Under the pieces are notes generated by a model that made no database searches, was not told where the DNA came from, and saw only the letters and a program-made list of their open reading frames with translations. Of a DNA stretch of 64,000 nucleotides, positions 22,481 to 31,902 are shown piece after piece (the first letter of the stretch is position 1; each line of letters starts with the position of its first letter). The position numbers and the translations under genes are program-made. This stretch comes from an uncultured Planctomycetaceae bacterium (GTDB lineage Bacteria; Planctomycetota; Planctomycetia; Isosphaerales; Isosphaeraceae), in the NCBI GenBank assembly GCA_963833985.1, contig CAWIAD010000001.1, positions 2,240,001 to 2,304,000 of the forward strand. The letters run 5' to 3'.

Positions 22481-22550
22481 AAAGGGGTGTCGGGAACCCA
22501 GTGGCGGGCGGCTGGCGGCCGGCCGCACGCTCGGTTCCCGACGCCGTTTT
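22481..22550. repeat. Imperfect 18-bp inverted repeat (REP/REPIN-like or terminator hairpin)
   Basis: aaaggggtgtcgggaacc (22481-22498) and ggttcccgacgccgtttt (22533-22550). Confidence 0.55.
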
Positions 22551-22555
22551 GTGGC

Positions 22556-25264
22556 TCAGACGGTGTGCTTCACCTGGCGTGCGTAGCGGCTGGTGAGGGT
22601 GGACATGGGCAGCGTGCGCTGTCTTGGCCTCCGGGAAAGAAGGCCGTAAATGTCCAGCTCGCTTCCCGTCCCCACGAAAACCTGGCCGCCGGCGACCGTC
22701 GGGACCGTGAACTTGACGGCGCTGCCGGCCTGGTCAGCGGGGTTCGAGGCACTGCTGTACAGCTGGGTCACGTTCGAGGCATCATAGGCCGTGAGCACGG
22801 CCGGGCCGCTGTATGGCTCGGCGAAGGCGTTCAGATCCCAGACGATGCCATTGGCCGAGCCATTCGCAGAGATCGTCGTCGAGTCTCCCGTCGGGTTACT
22901 GGACGTTCCGGCCATGGCGATCGGCGTGGTGTCGAAGACCATCGTATCGGTCGAAGGGTCGAGCACCATGCGGAAGGCTTCCAGCGGCGTGTCGCCCGGA
23001 TGAACATAAAGCGTGTTCTTGTAAAAGCTCATCGCACCCCAGAGCCCGATCGAGCTCGAGCGGCTCAGGCTCAGAGAATTCACCGCGAACGTCTGGAGCG
23101 GCGTGCCCAGGCCGCCCATGTTGTTGGCGTCAAACAGGTAGAGCACGCCATTCTTGCCAAGCTCCAGAGCCTCGTTCGGATGCGCGGTGCCGGGGAACGA
23201 AGGCAGCAGGATGGTCCCCGCCGTGCCGAAGTCGAGATCCTTGATGGCAAGGTGCTGATTGTTGCTGGGTGTGAACGACGAGACCAGCGTCATCATCCCC
23301 GGCGTGGGCGCCAGCCGCAACGCGGATGAGCCGTAATCGGGCTGCTGGATGAGGTGCCCGGGTGAGTTCTGGATGATGAACGTGATGCCGTCGCCCAGGG
23401 GGATGCCCGGACCGGCCGTGCTCTGCGTGAAGGTGAAGGTGGTCGTGAAGTTCGTGATGTTCACCGGCAAGTTCGCGAACACCGTGCCATTCTGATCGTC
23501 GGGTCCGGTCATGGTGAGTTGTGCCACGTTCTTGCCAGACATATTCGTGGTGAACATGGCATCGCCGTTGGCAGTCAGGTCGCTTGTGCTGGAGAAGCCG
23601 CTCGCGTGGTCGACAACCGTCGATCCACCCGTGGAATAGCTCCACGAGAGGATCTGGGCAGCCTGCTGGCGGGCGTCATCGCTGGCGCCGAAGCCCACGT
23701 ACGCCGTCGCGCCGCCAACCGCTTGCTGAAGGTTCGCACCTGTGTACGTGTGCGTGAAGATGGCCCCAGTGGTCATATCTTTGATCGTCTCACTCAGGTT
23801 GCTGCCGTCGTAGGAGAGCGTTACCTGGATGTTGTGAGAGCCGGCCTGGTCGGTGGCGGCTTGCTGGAAATTGACGCCCGAGCCGTCGAGCTTGATAAAT
23901 GTGCTGGGGGGCTGGGGTGAAGGACCGGCCATGGCCCCATCATAGAGCAGACCCGTGGAACTGGTGCCTGAGCCCGGGAAAACGGAAGCGAACATGACCG
24001 CCGCGCTGTTGCCCAGCCCGGCATAGCCCAGCCCGGAGTCAGACTCGCCCAGCGCCGTGGCGCCGGGAGGCGTGCTCGCCGTGTACGCGTTGAACGTACC
24101 GTTCCCCGCAGAGATGATCACATCACCGTTCGGGGCGATCACCGGTGCCACGCCGGCCTGCCAGAGCGATCCGCCATAGCCGTCAGGCGTGTCGTTGTAA
24201 ACCGTGACGGGCTGAAGCGTCCGAGCGTCGAAGCCGGCGAGCCAGCCGTGGTACGGAAGCTGGTCGTGGGTCGAGCCGTAAGCGGCGAAGATGACTCCGG
24301 CGGGATGTCCCGGCACATTCATGTCCAGCGCCAGTCCCGGTCGCTGAAGCCCCTGCGTGACCGAGTACTGCACCATGCCATTGGTGGATCCTGATCCGTA
24401 ACCGGGAACCTGAAGGATGGTCTGGTTCGTCTCGCTGTTCGTGGAACTGTTGACCGTGGTGTCGCCCACCACGAAGGGACTGCTCGTCACGCGTCCCGTG
24501 GTCGGATCAATGGCGGCAATCTCCGTGATGTACTGCGGCATGTCATAGGGCGTCTTCTGCACCTTGATCTCTGGCGTCACGTAGATGAGCCCGGTGGCGG
24601 GATCGTAAACCGGCGTGCCGGTGATACCGATGGTGGGAGTGATGTCCGTGGCGTTGATCGGCCCGCTCGGTGCCGGCGTGATTCCCTTCGCCGGATCAAC
24701 GAAGCTGGTGGCCCAGATCAGTCCGTCATGATTGCGCCCTCCGCGCGGGTTGCTGTCGTCGAAGGCGTAGACCGTGTCGTTCTCGGTGGCGACGATCACG
24801 AGGTTGCGCATCGCGCCCCGGCCGTCATGAAGCCGGATTCCCCCCAGGTAAAGTGGCTGTGCATAAACCTGGCCGTCCACCGGGTAGCTCATCTGCTTGC
24901 CAAAGCTTGAGCCGTTCACCTTCGCCGGGGTGAGCGTGATTTCATTGGGATTGACGCCGGTGCGGCTCGTGCCGTCCTGATAGGTGAGCAGCCCGGTCGG
25001 ATTCGACAAGCCGGTGCGCCGCGCAGCGCAGCCCTGCGGACCTGCGCGGGCCAGGCTTCCGGGGTGAGCCGGCGCATCGCGACGCCCTGGCGGCATTGCC
25101 GCGCGTAACTCGTGACGCAGCGCTTCGCGCTGCAATATGGCGGCGTGCAGCGCCTGTCGCATCGCTCCGTAAGCGCTGAGCACGAGCCTCCCTTCCAGCA
25201 ACTCCACCTGGAGATGAGACTGCCGGGACCGCCTGGTTCGCGAGGATGATCGTTTCACAATCAT
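22556..25264 (-). CDS. Secreted PQQ-type beta-propeller protein with planctomycete extracellular leader and inserted L-type lectin domain
   Basis: RRSRQSHLQVELLEGRLVLS leader; LTYQDGTSRTGVNPNE, VDGQVYAQPLY, IGITGTPVYD, QRPGLAL, YHGWLAGFDA, AVKFTVPTVAGGQVFVGT; lectin motifs AYVGF, ILSW, DGITFIIQN. Confidence 0.8.
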   Translation of the reverse strand: MIVKRSSSRTRRSRQSHLQVELLEGRLVLSAYGAMRQALHAAILQREALRHELRAAMPPGRRDAPAHPGSLARAGPQGCAARRTGLSNPTGLLTYQDGTSRTGVNPNEITLTPAKVNGSSFGKQMSYPVDGQVYAQPLYLGGIRLHDGRGAMRNLVIVATENDTVYAFDDSNPRGGRNHDGLIWATSFVDPAKGITPAPSGPINATDITPTIGITGTPVYDPATGLIYVTPEIKVQKTPYDMPQYITEIAAIDPTTGRVTSSPFVVGDTTVNSSTNSETNQTILQVPGYGSGSTNGMVQYSVTQGLQRPGLALDMNVPGHPAGVIFAAYGSTHDQLPYHGWLAGFDARTLQPVTVYNDTPDGYGGSLWQAGVAPVIAPNGDVIISAGNGTFNAYTASTPPGATALGESDSGLGYAGLGNSAAVMFASVFPGSGTSSTGLLYDGAMAGPSPQPPSTFIKLDGSGVNFQQAATDQAGSHNIQVTLSYDGSNLSETIKDMTTGAIFTHTYTGANLQQAVGGATAYVGFGASDDARQQAAQILSWSYSTGGSTVVDHASGFSSTSDLTANGDAMFTTNMSGKNVAQLTMTGPDDQNGTVFANLPVNITNFTTTFTFTQSTAGPGIPLGDGITFIIQNSPGHLIQQPDYGSSALRLAPTPGMMTLVSSFTPSNNQHLAIKDLDFGTAGTILLPSFPGTAHPNEALELGKNGVLYLFDANNMGGLGTPLQTFAVNSLSLSRSSSIGLWGAMSFYKNTLYVHPGDTPLEAFRMVLDPSTDTMVFDTTPIAMAGTSSNPTGDSTTISANGSANGIVWDLNAFAEPYSGPAVLTAYDASNVTQLYSSASNPADQAGSAVKFTVPTVAGGQVFVGTGSELDIYGLLSRRPRQRTLPMSTLTSRYARQVKHTV

Positions 25265-25657
25265 GTCATTCTCCGATGATGTTGAATGCGCGGGCGGAGT
25301 ACCTGAGCAGCAGGCCAGGAGCAAGCCGCGCAGCCCGGCGAACCCGCCTGGACGCGGGACGCGGACCTGCACGACTGTCGGCCTCTCTGAAGCACAGAAG
25401 TCCCGATCCAGGCGGCGGCGTTTCCCCCAGAGCCATCTCCGTGGGCAACTTCCCTGGTGTGGTGGTTCCGGGGCCTGCTTGCCCCTGCGCACGGAGAAAG
25501 AGAGGACGCGGCCGGCATGGCGGAGCCGGTCTGCATTCACCCCGGAATCTGGTTCACGCGGAAAAAGAAGAGCCAGCGGATCTCATGAGCGGTTGACGAC
25601 CCAGTTTCGCCAGGCCATGGCATCGCGGGCGGAACCATATGAACCGGTGCATTGCAC

Positions 25658-25674
25658 AGCAAGGTGCGTGCCGT
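25658..25674 (-). promoter_or_regulatory. Putative sigma54 (-24/-12) promoter upstream of the propeller/lectin gene
   Basis: Minus strand aCGGCACGcaccTTGCT matches the YTGGCACG-N4-TTGCW spacing. Confidence 0.45.
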
Positions 25675-26013
25675 CCTGGTGCCACGAGCGGTCCCTTTCG
25701 TGTTTCTTGCGCGGGTTCCGCGGAACTGGCCCAGCAGAGAGCGCTTCCAGATCGCATGGCGAGAACGGCAGGCAGGCCTGATAGCACATCTTCCAAAAAC
25801 AGATTCGAGATTACAAGGTATAAACCTGTCATGAAATCTGTTTCATGCGCTGGAGACGCGGCACGATCGGCCCGTTCGATCTGGAGGCGAACTTCACAGA
25901 AACCGGTGGCCGGGTAAGATGGTTGCGATGTGCTTCAGGTACGGATACCTCCGCGTGCACCGCGGCAGCCCGGCTGAGCGGCTGGAGGGGCCCGGGATGA
26001 AGGTTCTGTCATC

Positions 26014-26991
26014 ATGATGCGATTTCTCCGCCAGTTTGCGGCAGGTCTCGCCTCGCTACCCTGGCGGCGCGGCACACTGGCCCTGGGCCTGCTTCTTGGA
26101 TCGCTGTGCGCCGTCTCCTGGTACGCGACCGCCCCGCTCGAGGAAACCGACGCAGGCGCCGTCGCCGTCCATTCGAACCGGGGTGCTGCACCACAGCGCG
26201 ATACCGTGCCCGTCCCGCAGCCGGCGGCGGCCGGACCGGATTCCAGCCAGGCCCAACCGGAGATGCCGGAATGGCCGGAGAAACCACTCGAGGGCCAGGC
26301 CGCCAAGGAACTGCTGCTGAGGATGATGCAGGCGGTGGACCGCTCGTTTCACAAGATCGCCTGCTACACGCTCACGTTTCATAAGCAGGTGCGAATCCAG
26401 AGCAAACTTCTTCCCGAGCAGAAGTATTTCATCAAGGTGCGCCAGGACCCGTTTGCAATTTATATGAAAAGCATTGAACCGGTGGCGGGTCGTGAGCTGA
26501 TCTACGCGGAGGGGCACTACGACAACCACGTGATCGGCCATCCGGTGGGCATGGCGCGGCTGCTGGTTCCCCGGCTCAAGGTTCCTCCCGACCATCCCTT
26601 GATCCTCGCGGAAAGCCGCCATCCCTTGAACCAGGCGGGCCTTGGCAACCTGATCCGCAAGCTGGTTGGCTATCGCGAGCAGGACCTAAAGGAGCCCGAG
26701 GCCGTCACGATTCTCGACCGCACTGACACCCCTGACGGCAGGCGCTGGCTGCGTTCGCGCCACATCCATCCCCGGTACCGGCCCGGCCGGCCGCTCGCGG
26801 AGGCCGAGGTTCTCTACGACCCGGATTCCAGGCTCCCCCTGCGTTTCACCGGCCTGGACTGGCCGGCCGATGGAAAGTCGGAAAAACTGCTAGGCGAGCG
26901 CTACTGCTACGACGAGCTCGACACGCGTGCAACGCTCTCGGCCGCCGACTTCGACCCGGCGAATCCGGCGTATGAGTTCCATCGGTTCTAA
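26014..26991 (+). CDS. DUF1571 domain protein
   Basis: YTLTFHKQVRI, KVRQDPFAIYMK, GRELIY, ESRHPLNQAGLG, LPLRFTGLDW, ADFDPANPAYEF. Confidence 0.8.
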   Translation: MMRFLRQFAAGLASLPWRRGTLALGLLLGSLCAVSWYATAPLEETDAGAVAVHSNRGAAPQRDTVPVPQPAAAGPDSSQAQPEMPEWPEKPLEGQAAKELLLRMMQAVDRSFHKIACYTLTFHKQVRIQSKLLPEQKYFIKVRQDPFAIYMKSIEPVAGRELIYAEGHYDNHVIGHPVGMARLLVPRLKVPPDHPLILAESRHPLNQAGLGNLIRKLVGYREQDLKEPEAVTILDRTDTPDGRRWLRSRHIHPRYRPGRPLAEAEVLYDPDSRLPLRFTGLDWPADGKSEKLLGERYCYDELDTRATLSAADFDPANPAYEFHRF

Positions 26992-27000
26992 AGCACAACT

Positions 27001-28076
27001 ATGCATAATTATAAAATCGCTGTTGTTTCCGGTGATGGGATCGGTCCGGAGGTCATCGCCGCCGGCCGGGCCGTGCTGGATGCGGCTGCCGCGCAGGCGG
27101 GCGGATTCGCTCTGGAGTATCTGGACGCCCCCGCGGGCGCGGGGACCTACCAGAAATGCGGCGACGAGCTGCCGGCGTCATCATTGGCCACCTGCCGCGA
27201 CGCCCACGCCATCTTGCTGGGCGCCTGCGGATTGCCCGGCGTGCGGCACCTGGACGGCACCGAGATCACGCCCCAGGTCTGGATCCGCCGCGCGCTGGAC
27301 CTCTATGCCGGCATCCGTCCCGCACGCACGATCGCGGGAGTTCCCGGGCCGCTTGGCCGTGCGCCGGACATCGATCTGGTCATCGTGCGCGAGAGCACGG
27401 AGGGGGCGTTCGCATCGCACGGCCAGTCGAAACCGATCCATGACGAGGTTGTACATGATCTGCTGTCGATCAGCCGCAGGGGAACCGAGCGCGTGGCGCG
27501 GGCCGCCTTCGAGCTCGCCCGCAGGCGCGGCAGGGCGAAACCCAGGGTGACCTGCGTTGACAAGGCGAACGTGTTGCAGTCTTTTGCCTTCTTCCGCAAG
27601 GTCTTCGACGAGGTGGCCACGGGCTACGGCGATATCGAAGTGGATCACCTCTACGCCGATGCGACCGCGCTCGAGCTGGTCCGCAGGCCAGAGCGTTTTG
27701 ACGTCATCGTCACCGAGAACCTGCTGGGCGATATCCTCTCCGACCTTGCCGCCGGTCTCGTGGGCGGCATGGGTATGGCACCCTCCGCGGATATCGGAGA
27801 CCACCACGCGGTGTTCCAGCCCTGCCACGGCACCGCGCCGGACCTGGCGGGGCAGGGGGTGGCCAACCCCATCGCCACCATCCTTTCCTGCGCCTGTTGC
27901 TGGACTACCTGGGACGCAAGTACGACGACCAGGGGGCTGCACAGGCCGCACTCCAGATCGAGCGGGCCGTCGCGATCGTGCTGGCCGACGCTCGCTTCCA
28001 CACCGCGGACCTGGGCGGGACGGCCTCGACCGGAGCGGTCACGATGGCCATCGTGGATCAACTGGGCGGCGCATGA
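27001..28076 (+). CDS. Isocitrate/isopropylmalate/tartrate dehydrogenase family protein; frameshift at ~27893
   Basis: GDGIGPEV, RESTEG, DKANV, NLLGDILSDL, HGTAPDLAGQGVANP. Restoring one C gives ATILSCALLLDYLG..HTADLGG..GA*. Confidence 0.88.
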
Positions 28077-28227
28077 GCGCGCTGCGGCGCGGAACGACCC
28101 CGATCGGGAAGTCTGTTCCAGGGTCCGCGGTCGGTGGAGACACTCCTGTTCCGGAGCGGTGCCAGCAGGTACACTGAATGAACCTCTCCGCAAACCTGAT
28201 GGTCTTCCTGGCATTCCAGGGTCTCCC

Positions 28228-28518
28228 ATGATGTACAGCCACGAGGTGATTTGCACACACGCCGATTGTTCCGACACGGCCGTCTACAAGGTGGCGGCAC
28301 GCTGGAGCGACGGCCGGTTCGCGGAGTTGAAGACGTACGGCTTTGCCTGTTCAGATCACCTGGGCGAGGTGTTCCAGGACGCGGAGAATCGCCGGCTGGA
28401 CTACACTCTCTGTCCGGGCGAGGTGATCGAGGAGATGGCGATTTATCGCTACGAACCGGGCAGGCGCGACCGCCAGCTCCAGAGGCTCTGGGGCCTGGAG
28501 GAGAACTACCGCGTCTGA
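28228..28518 (+). CDS. Small hypothetical protein with CX4C..CX2H motif
   Basis: CTHADC..YKVAARWSDG..ELKTYGFACSDH; clear paralog at 53727..54023. Confidence 0.75.
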   Translation: MMYSHEVICTHADCSDTAVYKVAARWSDGRFAELKTYGFACSDHLGEVFQDAENRRLDYTLCPGEVIEEMAIYRYEPGRRDRQLQRLWGLEENYRV

Positions 28519-28711
28519 CTGCTCGGAAGTCCAGGGCCGTTCCGAGCCGGGGAACGGCCGGAGAAGCTGCGTCTCTGAGAAACGCTGTTCCCGACGGGAG
28601 CGAGAGGCGAATGCCGCGCGGGCAAAGGCGTGGTGGCCCAGCCGCGAACCATCCCCGAAAGGGGCGTGACGCCTGTACCGGCTGGTGCGGCCAGGCGAGT
28701 TCTCACGGCAG

Positions 28712-28727
28712 TGGCGGGGACCTTGCG
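28712..28727 (+). promoter_or_regulatory. Possible sigma54 promoter upstream of fliW-csrA
   Basis: TGGC-ggggacc-TTGC has the GG-N10-GC spacing; about 410 nt upstream of fliW. Confidence 0.25.
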
Positions 28728-29137
28728 TCTTTGCTACGAGCGGATTGACTGGCACAGCTCTCGTCATGGGCGCATGGTCAAAGATTTCGTGCAAGCGGGA
28801 TTGAGCCCTGCCGCTTTGGGGCGACGATATTACGGTCGGTTGAACCGGGCTCGCCTTGCCGAGGGAATCGGTGAGCCGGCGCCGGTGGAAGCCGCGAGAT
28901 GGGTCGTGGACGCGAGTCGCGAACCCCGCTGAACGGATGAGCGTCTCGATGAGTTCATTCCCGGCCGGGCAGCCAGCGCGGCGCGGGAACGCACGCACTG
29001 GATCTGCGGGGATGTCTCACCGTCGGCACGCGGCTGCTGCGGTCCGTGTCGGGATCGTCTGGAGTGGCGAGGGGCGAAAGCTGAAGCGTGAATTCGTTGC
29101 CATGGCCTCACCCGGCGTTCAAGGAGGTAACCAGGAA

Positions 29138-29617
29138 GTGAACATTGTCACGACTCGCTTTGGTCTGATCCAGACCTCCGAATCGGAACTGTACCAGATT
29201 CCCGAGGGGTTGCTCGGTTTCCGTGCATACACCCAGTATCTGCACCTACCCGATCCGGTGGTTGCGGGTCTTTCATGGTTGCAAAGCGTGACCGCGTCCG
29301 ACCTGGCTTTTGGCCTGGTCGCCCCTCCGCTGGCCCTGAGTGATTACCAGATCGACATCCGTCCGGGCGACCGGGCGGCTCTGGAGCTCGAGGACGAGCG
29401 GGACGCTCTGATTTATGTGATTCTCAGCCGCGGCCTGGGGGGAGGGCTGACGGCCAATCTCCAGGGACCGCTTATCTTTAACCCGGTGCGCAGACTCGGC
29501 CGGCAGCTTGTGCTGACGTCCAGCCGGTACCCGGTCCGTTACCCGCTGGAAACCCATACGGTGGCCCCCGCGCCCCCGCTTTATCATGGGCTGGCGCCGT
29601 TGCGTGCCACTGCCTGA
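29138..29617 (+). CDS. fliW: Flagellar assembly factor FliW (CsrA antagonist)
   Basis: AGGAGG RBS and GTG; TTRFG..IPEGLLGF..WLQSV..LAF..TANLQGPLIFN..GRQLVL; directly upstream of csrA. Confidence 0.88.
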   Translation: MNIVTTRFGLIQTSESELYQIPEGLLGFRAYTQYLHLPDPVVAGLSWLQSVTASDLAFGLVAPPLALSDYQIDIRPGDRAALELEDERDALIYVILSRGLGGGLTANLQGPLIFNPVRRLGRQLVLTSSRYPVRYPLETHTVAPAPPLYHGLAPLRATA

Positions 29618-29748
29618 TCCGTCTGGTTCACCACCAAGTTGGTCTTGGCGCTTCACCATCCCCAGCTCCGTCGTGGTCACCGAGAGCCCGGGCAACGTGA
29701 TCGGGGATGGTCACGAGCCTCGTTGGCAGGAGGAAGGAGCCGAGAACG

Positions 29749-30015
29749 ATGCTGGTCCTGTCCCGACACCGTGACGAAAGTATCATCATCGGCGATGACA
29801 TTGTCATCACCGTGGTGGATATTCGGGGCGATAAGGTTCGACTGGGGATCGCGGCCCCGATCGAGATCTCAGTGCACCGGCAAGAGGTGTACGAGGCCAT
29901 CCAACGCGAGAATCGCCAGGCGAGCCGGCTGGAACCCCAGGACGCTCGCCAGATTGAACGCCTGAACCCGCCCGTGCGGCGCGAGGTTCGCCGTCCCCGC
30001 TCCGACGAGGATTGA
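29749..30015 (+). CDS. csrA: Carbon storage regulator CsrA with C-terminal extension
   Basis: MLVLSRHRDESIIIGDDIVITVVDIRGDKVRLGIAAPIEISVHRQEVYEAIQREN. Confidence 0.95.
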   Translation: MLVLSRHRDESIIIGDDIVITVVDIRGDKVRLGIAAPIEISVHRQEVYEAIQRENRQASRLEPQDARQIERLNPPVRREVRRPRSDED

Positions 30016-30367
30016 GCGCGCCCGAGACGCTCGCTTTCCCAGGCGTTGCACGCTCACGCTGGCCATGGGGGCTACCGGCCGACTCGCGGTTGCCCATGCC
30101 CCGCTCACCACCCGACCCCGCATCCAGCCGGATGTCCGCCGGCGGCCCACGCCGTCGACGGACGTCCGGTTTGCTTGGCGCTGCACCCGCCTCCCCGCAT
30201 TCACTCCCTCTTCCTCCGCGTCTCGCCAGGCAACGCAAGCCGCCAGAGGTGCTGAGGCGCGATCCCGCCCGCAGGATCCGCGCGTATGCCGGAATGCGTC
30301 CTATGATTCTTTTCAGAGAGACCGGGAATCGCTCCCGTGCGCCCTCCCGCATCTCGAGGCCGCCATC

Positions 30368-31303
30368 ATGAGGATCTTGATTGCCGAGGACAGTCTGACC
30401 CAGGCCGTTGACCTCCGCAGGAGACTTGAGGCCCTGGGCCATGAAGTGATTGTCGCCAACGACGGCCTCCAGGCCTGGAACCTGCTCCAGAAGAACCCCG
30501 AACGGCTGGTGATCCTGGACTGGATGATGCCGGAGATGAACGGGCTGGATCTGTGCCGCAAGATCCGGGCGGACCAGAAGTCGAATTACACTTACATCAT
30601 CGTGCTCACCGCCAAGACCCACCGGCACGAGCGGCTTCAGGGCCTGAGCGCAGGTGCCGACGATTTTCTCACCAAACCGATCGACGGCTGCGAGCTGGAC
30701 ATCGCCTTGCGCACAGCTCAGCGCATTATTGCCGCCCAGGAGGCCCTCGTCGCACGGACGCGACAGCTCGAGGCGGCCAATCTGGACCTGATGCGCAGGA
30801 CGGAGCACGACGAGCTCACCGGACTGCGGAACCAGCGCGGGCTACTCCCCGTGCTGGAGGAAGCGCTGTGCCATGCCAGCAACGACCGGCTTCCCGTATC
30901 GCTCATCCGGTTCGATCTGGATCACTCCGGACGGCTCACCGAGACGCTGGATCCACCGGCTCTGGACGAGCTACACCGGAAAGTGGCGAACTTGCTCCGC
31001 GCCGAATGCCGCGAATGCGACGTCCCGGCGCGAACCGGCGACCACGGCTTCGCTGTCATCCTGCCCGGCCTCACCGCTGAGTGGGCTGTCCAGATGGCGG
31101 AGAACCTGAAAGCCGTCTTTGCCGAGCTTCCCGGAGCCGATGGCGGCCTGACGGCCAGCTTCGGGCTGGCCACGGTCAACCCCGGCGGCACTAGCCGGCA
31201 ACTTCTGAGGGCCTGCGAGTCCGCCGTCCAGCAGGCCAGGAGCGGAGGCGGAGACCGCATGGTCTGCCTCGACGCCATCGCCGAGTCCACGGCCCTGGCC
31301 TGA
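30368..31303 (+). CDS. Response regulator with degenerate GGDEF domain
   Basis: MRILIAED, LDWMMP, KP; HDELTGLRN, FDLDH; RECD-x5-GDHGF in place of RxxD-x5-GGDEF. Confidence 0.88.
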   Translation: MRILIAEDSLTQAVDLRRRLEALGHEVIVANDGLQAWNLLQKNPERLVILDWMMPEMNGLDLCRKIRADQKSNYTYIIVLTAKTHRHERLQGLSAGADDFLTKPIDGCELDIALRTAQRIIAAQEALVARTRQLEAANLDLMRRTEHDELTGLRNQRGLLPVLEEALCHASNDRLPVSLIRFDLDHSGRLTETLDPPALDELHRKVANLLRAECRECDVPARTGDHGFAVILPGLTAEWAVQMAENLKAVFAELPGADGGLTASFGLATVNPGGTSRQLLRACESAVQQARSGGGDRMVCLDAIAESTALA

Positions 31304-31326
31304 CCGCCCCGTCAAACTCAGGCTCA

Positions 31327-31902
31327 TCAGTCCAGGTCGATGATCTCGTCAGAATCGTCCAGGATGATCGGGATCATGGGCTCGAATCGATCCGGTGTGC
31401 CGGGCCGCATCGATCCCGCGCCCATGTCATGGTCTGACGGCGACACCGCGATCTCCAGCGGCGAGGGCGCCGGGAACTCGTCCGCCCCTGCCTGACGTGA
31501 GCCCGACGCGGCCGGAACCCGCGCTTCGGCGGCCAGGGACATTGCCCCAGCCGGCTGGGCCTGCGAGCGGGACCGAAGCTGCCGGGCCTGGTGCAGCTCC
31601 GATGGACCAGGTACCTCATCGGGGCCCAGGTAGACCCGCAACTTGTAATTGCCCATCGTGATTCGATCGTCAGGCAAGAGCGCGGCCCAGCGGACCTTCT
31701 GCCCCTTGACCTTGGTTCCGTTGGTGCTGATCAGGTCGCGGACCACCAGCAAGCCGTCGGTCTTCACCAGCACGCAGTGCCGTTTCGACAGGCTGGAGTG
31801 GTCGATCACCACGTCGCAGTAGCCCCGCCTGCCAACGACCACCATGTCGCGCGTGATCGGAATTGGCGGATCCCCATTTTCAGGAACAAGCTCAGCCTTC
31901 AT
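31327..31902 (-). CDS. FHA domain protein
   Basis: VVGR..SLSKRHC..RDLISTNGTKV. Confidence 0.88.
   Translation of the reverse strand: MKAELVPENGDPPIPITRDMVVVGRRGYCDVVIDHSSLSKRHCVLVKTDGLLVVRDLISTNGTKVKGQKVRWAALLPDDRITMGNYKLRVYLGPDEVPGPSELHQARQLRSRSQAQPAGAMSLAAEARVPAASGSRQAGADEFPAPSPLEIAVSPSDHDMGAGSMRPGTPDRFEPMIPIILDDSDEIIDLD

Noticed and set aside
27001..28518. Fusion of the dehydrogenase with the small Cys protein (505-aa ORF)
   Set aside because: It is an artefact of the frameshift at ~27893; the dehydrogenase ends at 28076 in another frame.
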